49,361 nt of DNA, taken from the NCBI GenBank assembly GCA_900088475.1, contig FLMG01003841.1:1-49361 (forward strand), given 5' to 3'. The notes beneath the pieces are model-generated. The model was not told the DNA's origin. It saw nothing but the letters and a program-made list of their open reading frames with translations, and made no database searches. The position numbers were made by a program, and so were the translations under genes. Position 1 is the stretch's first letter. Each line of letters opens with the position of its first letter. This DNA is from Hyphochytrium catenoides. Lineage: Eukaryota; Protista; Hyphochytriomycota. This document shows, piece after piece, positions 46,570-49,361 of the stretch.

Positions 46570-49361
46570 TTACCGTTGACTCTCGTCGCTACCTGCTTTG
46601 ACCTCCCTCTCAGATAGCTGCTGGGGCTTGCCTCGTACGCCAAAGTTGCCTCTGAAGAATGGAGGAGGAAGATCAAGCTGAGAGTACTCTCTGGGGTCTC
46701 TCTTCTCTTCCCTTTCATCTTCATCCTCTTGCCAAAGCTTTCGCTTGAGAGGAGAGAGACGTCCTCGAGGAGTTGTCCTCCTTCCTCTGTCTTCTCCCAC
46801 TCGGGGAGACCGTGGGCTGCCGTTGCGGGCACCTGAAGGAGTGAATAGGAAGAAGAGTTCCATGTCAGAAGGACCAATGCAGCACAGTGAGAGAAAGGAG
46901 CAGATGTCTTACCAGGAGATGTTTCTTGGTTGGAGGGGCTCTTCGGGTCAGTATATCTGGAAGAGAGCGAAGAGACCATCAGGAAATGGTCATGAAGGGC
47001 GCTTAGAGCAGAAGAGAAAGAGGAGGAGCCAAGAAAGAAGTAGGAATATGCGAAATTGTGGAACTGATAGACAACGACAAAATTCTCAAGAGAAGAATAA
47101 ACAACGATTTGCCCTTTCTTAGGGACGCTGGGAGGTAAGAGAAGAAAGAGAGAGAGGGGGATAGGGATAGGGAGCAAGGGGAGGCGCCCGAGAGAGACAG
47201 AGAGCTCTTGCTACCTTTTCCCTACAAAAGGGTTCCCGATAAGTTTGTCAAACTTGCCGGAGGCGTGCTGCAGCCTGTATGCACTCATCGACGGAGCTCT
47301 GCAGAGAAAGACAAGCACGAATGGACACATTGAGGGTTTGAACGGAAGGAGCAACACCAGCTATCTTAGGCAATGGAGAGCCTAATGCTCGTGAACGGGA
47401 GTAATAGGGAAGTGAACAGGATGGAGCGCCGCTTCTGGGTCAATGAGGATGCCGCAAGGAAGCACAGCAGTCTAGAGGGACCTGAGCAGAATGGCTAGGA
47501 CGCATGGCTCTGAATCGACAGGAGCAGACTGACAGCCAGCTCTGAGGTCACGTAAGCGTGAGGAGACAAGGAACGAGAGAGAAAAAGAGTGAGGATGGTC
47601 TCAACCTTCTTATCTCCTCTAAATAGTGCGGTTCTGACGAACGAGAGAAAAAGTTCTGCACTAATCTCTCGGCCCGTCGCGGCTTCCACCAGCTTTTCAC
47701 CTGGTGAGAAATCGAGGAGCGAGGAGAGGAAGAGCGCATAAGTCAAACTGAAGTCGAACTCTAACTCAGCGGGAAGTGATCAGGTTTACAGATGAAGAGA
47801 GAAAGATAGGGAATAGGTACCTTCAGCTTTCCTGGCTCCAGATCTGCCACGGGATAATAGAGCTCTCTGAGCATGCGGACCTGCTCGGCCCGCCAGATCT
47901 GATCCTGAACATCAAGAGACAAAGTGGGAGCAACCGGGAGTAACGGTGAAACAGAGCGGACGACAGCGCCAGCTAATCAGCGAAGTGCACATCTGCCAGG
48001 AAAGGAAGACTACGAAGAGAGAAAGAGCAGGGAGCAAGAGTAAAGTTTGACTGGTTGGACGAGAATGGGCTGTTCATTTAGAGTGATAGACAGCGGGAGA
48101 GAGAGACATTTAGAAGAGAAGACGAGCCAGAGTGACGTGACGCCAAGACAAAGATATATAGCCATGGTGACGATTACATTCTCCTCCATGATCTCCCTCG
48201 CTCGGGAATATTCATCCTCTTCCTGCATCCGCCACCTGTCCCACTCCAGACGCCGCTGAGCCTCATCTCCTACGGGAAAAGGAAAGATAACGATGGGGTA
48301 GTCGTGAACAGCGTGCCAGTAGGCGCATGAGGAGCAGAGAGGAAGGTGTGCTTGACAAGGGGCGAGGACATCATAGAGAGACTGAGGAGAGAGAAAGGGT
48401 GGGAGACAGTACATCTTTGTGTGTGTGTGAGACAGGGGGAGGAGAGAGAGAGAGGGGAGAGAGAGAGAGTGAGGGAGAGAGAGTGAGAGAGAGAGAAGAG
48501 AGAGGAAAGAGAGAGAGAGACAGGAGAGAGGAAAGAGAGAGAGAGACAGGAGAGAGGAGAGAGAGAGGGAGACAGGAGAGAGAGAGAGAGAGAGAGAGAG
48601 CGCGAGAGAGAGAGAGAAAATAAGAGGGAAGGTAAGAATGATGAAAGAGAAGAGACCCAGGGAAGGACCAGAAGAAACCATACCAAGGGCTTTGATCCGC
48701 ATTCTCTCTTCGTATTCTCTTTGAAAGCGATCCGCTTCCTGTGTCAGCTGCAGACAGTTTCTCATCTCTTCCTCCTCTCTGGCCATCAGCTCGCATTCCA
48801 TAAACTGCGCACCATAACCATGAAGGAGTATGAGAGAGAGAAAGCAGAGGAGAGGAAGGAAGAGAAGAGACCCCTGAGATCTCGATCTCTGTCTCCTTGT
48901 TTCACTTTCGGTGACAATGCACTGTCTTCTGTTCCTATCTCTCCCTCTCTCCCTCTTCGTGTCTCTCGTCCCCACGCAACATGTTTCCTGCCAGCTAATG
49001 GAAGGTAATAGAGAGAGCGTACCTCTCGAAGCTCCTGCTCTTCTTTGAACATTCGCCGTCGCCTGGTAGTTGATAGGAGTTGAGATGGACATTGTTATAG
49101 TGAGAGGCAAAGAAGAGGGAGAGGACAACACGGAGTAACTTTCGTGTCTCTGTTTCTGTCTGTGCCTCTCTGAGTCTCTCTCTCTCTCCTCCCTCTCCCT
49201 TTCCGCGCAATAACCTTCATTCCTTGTCTACGTGAGCCCAGGAAGTATAAATCCCTGGCTTTCAGGACTTTCGCGGATTCTTCATCTCTCTTCCTCTTTC
49301 CTTTCTCTGATAGAGCCCTTTCTCTCTCCTCAATATCTCTCACCGCTGCTCGTCCTGCCAC
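46570..49361 (-). CDS. 3' part of a multi-exon coiled-coil (Glu/Arg-rich) protein, begins beyond window end
   Basis: Phase-consistent exons: ..RDIEERERALSEK..; RRRMFKEEQELRE; FMECELMAREEEEMR..; DEAQRRLEWDRWRMQEEDEY..; DQIWRAEQVRMLRELYY..; VKSWWKPRRAERLV..; APSMSAYRL..; GARNGSPR..ESQR* (46570). Confidence 0.7.
48430..48620. repeat. (GA)n microsatellite, intronic ((CT)n on the coding strand)
   Basis: About 190 bp of gagaga with interruptions. Confidence 0.92.

Noticed and set aside
48010-49131. 373-aa ORF with LSLSLS tracts
   Set aside because: Read-through of a (CT)n intron linking real exons of the coiled-coil gene.

Overview
Eukaryotic nuclear DNA with GT-AG spliceosomal introns and the standard code. 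It is most consistent with a stramenopile, probably an oomycete-like lineage (inference from the AP-3 sigma sequence, GH7, a GIP-like protease homolog and INR/FPR-like promoter motifs). The window has two compartments. (1) About 1-26 kb is gene-sparse and littered with relics: copia, gypsy and RLE-type non-LTR fragments, a RecQ-helicase relic, an ammonium-transporter pseudogene and an S9-peptidase propeller remnant. Embedded in it are three intact genes for secreted proteins: a trypsin-fold homolog with a broken triad (His->Gln, Ser->Glu), an intronless 468-aa protein made of four copies of an unrecognised Cys-rich ~110-aa module, and an intronless GH7 cellobiohydrolase. (2) About 27-49 kb is gene-dense and intron-rich: PRC1/MAP65, an unknown protein, AP-3 sigma, an alpha/beta-hydrolase lacking its nucleophile Ser, ESS2/DGCR14 and a coiled-coil gene. 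The best candidate for an undescribed system is the secreted trio (cellulase + novel 4-repeat Cys-rich protein + dead protease). All gene models were built by eye; no database searches were run.
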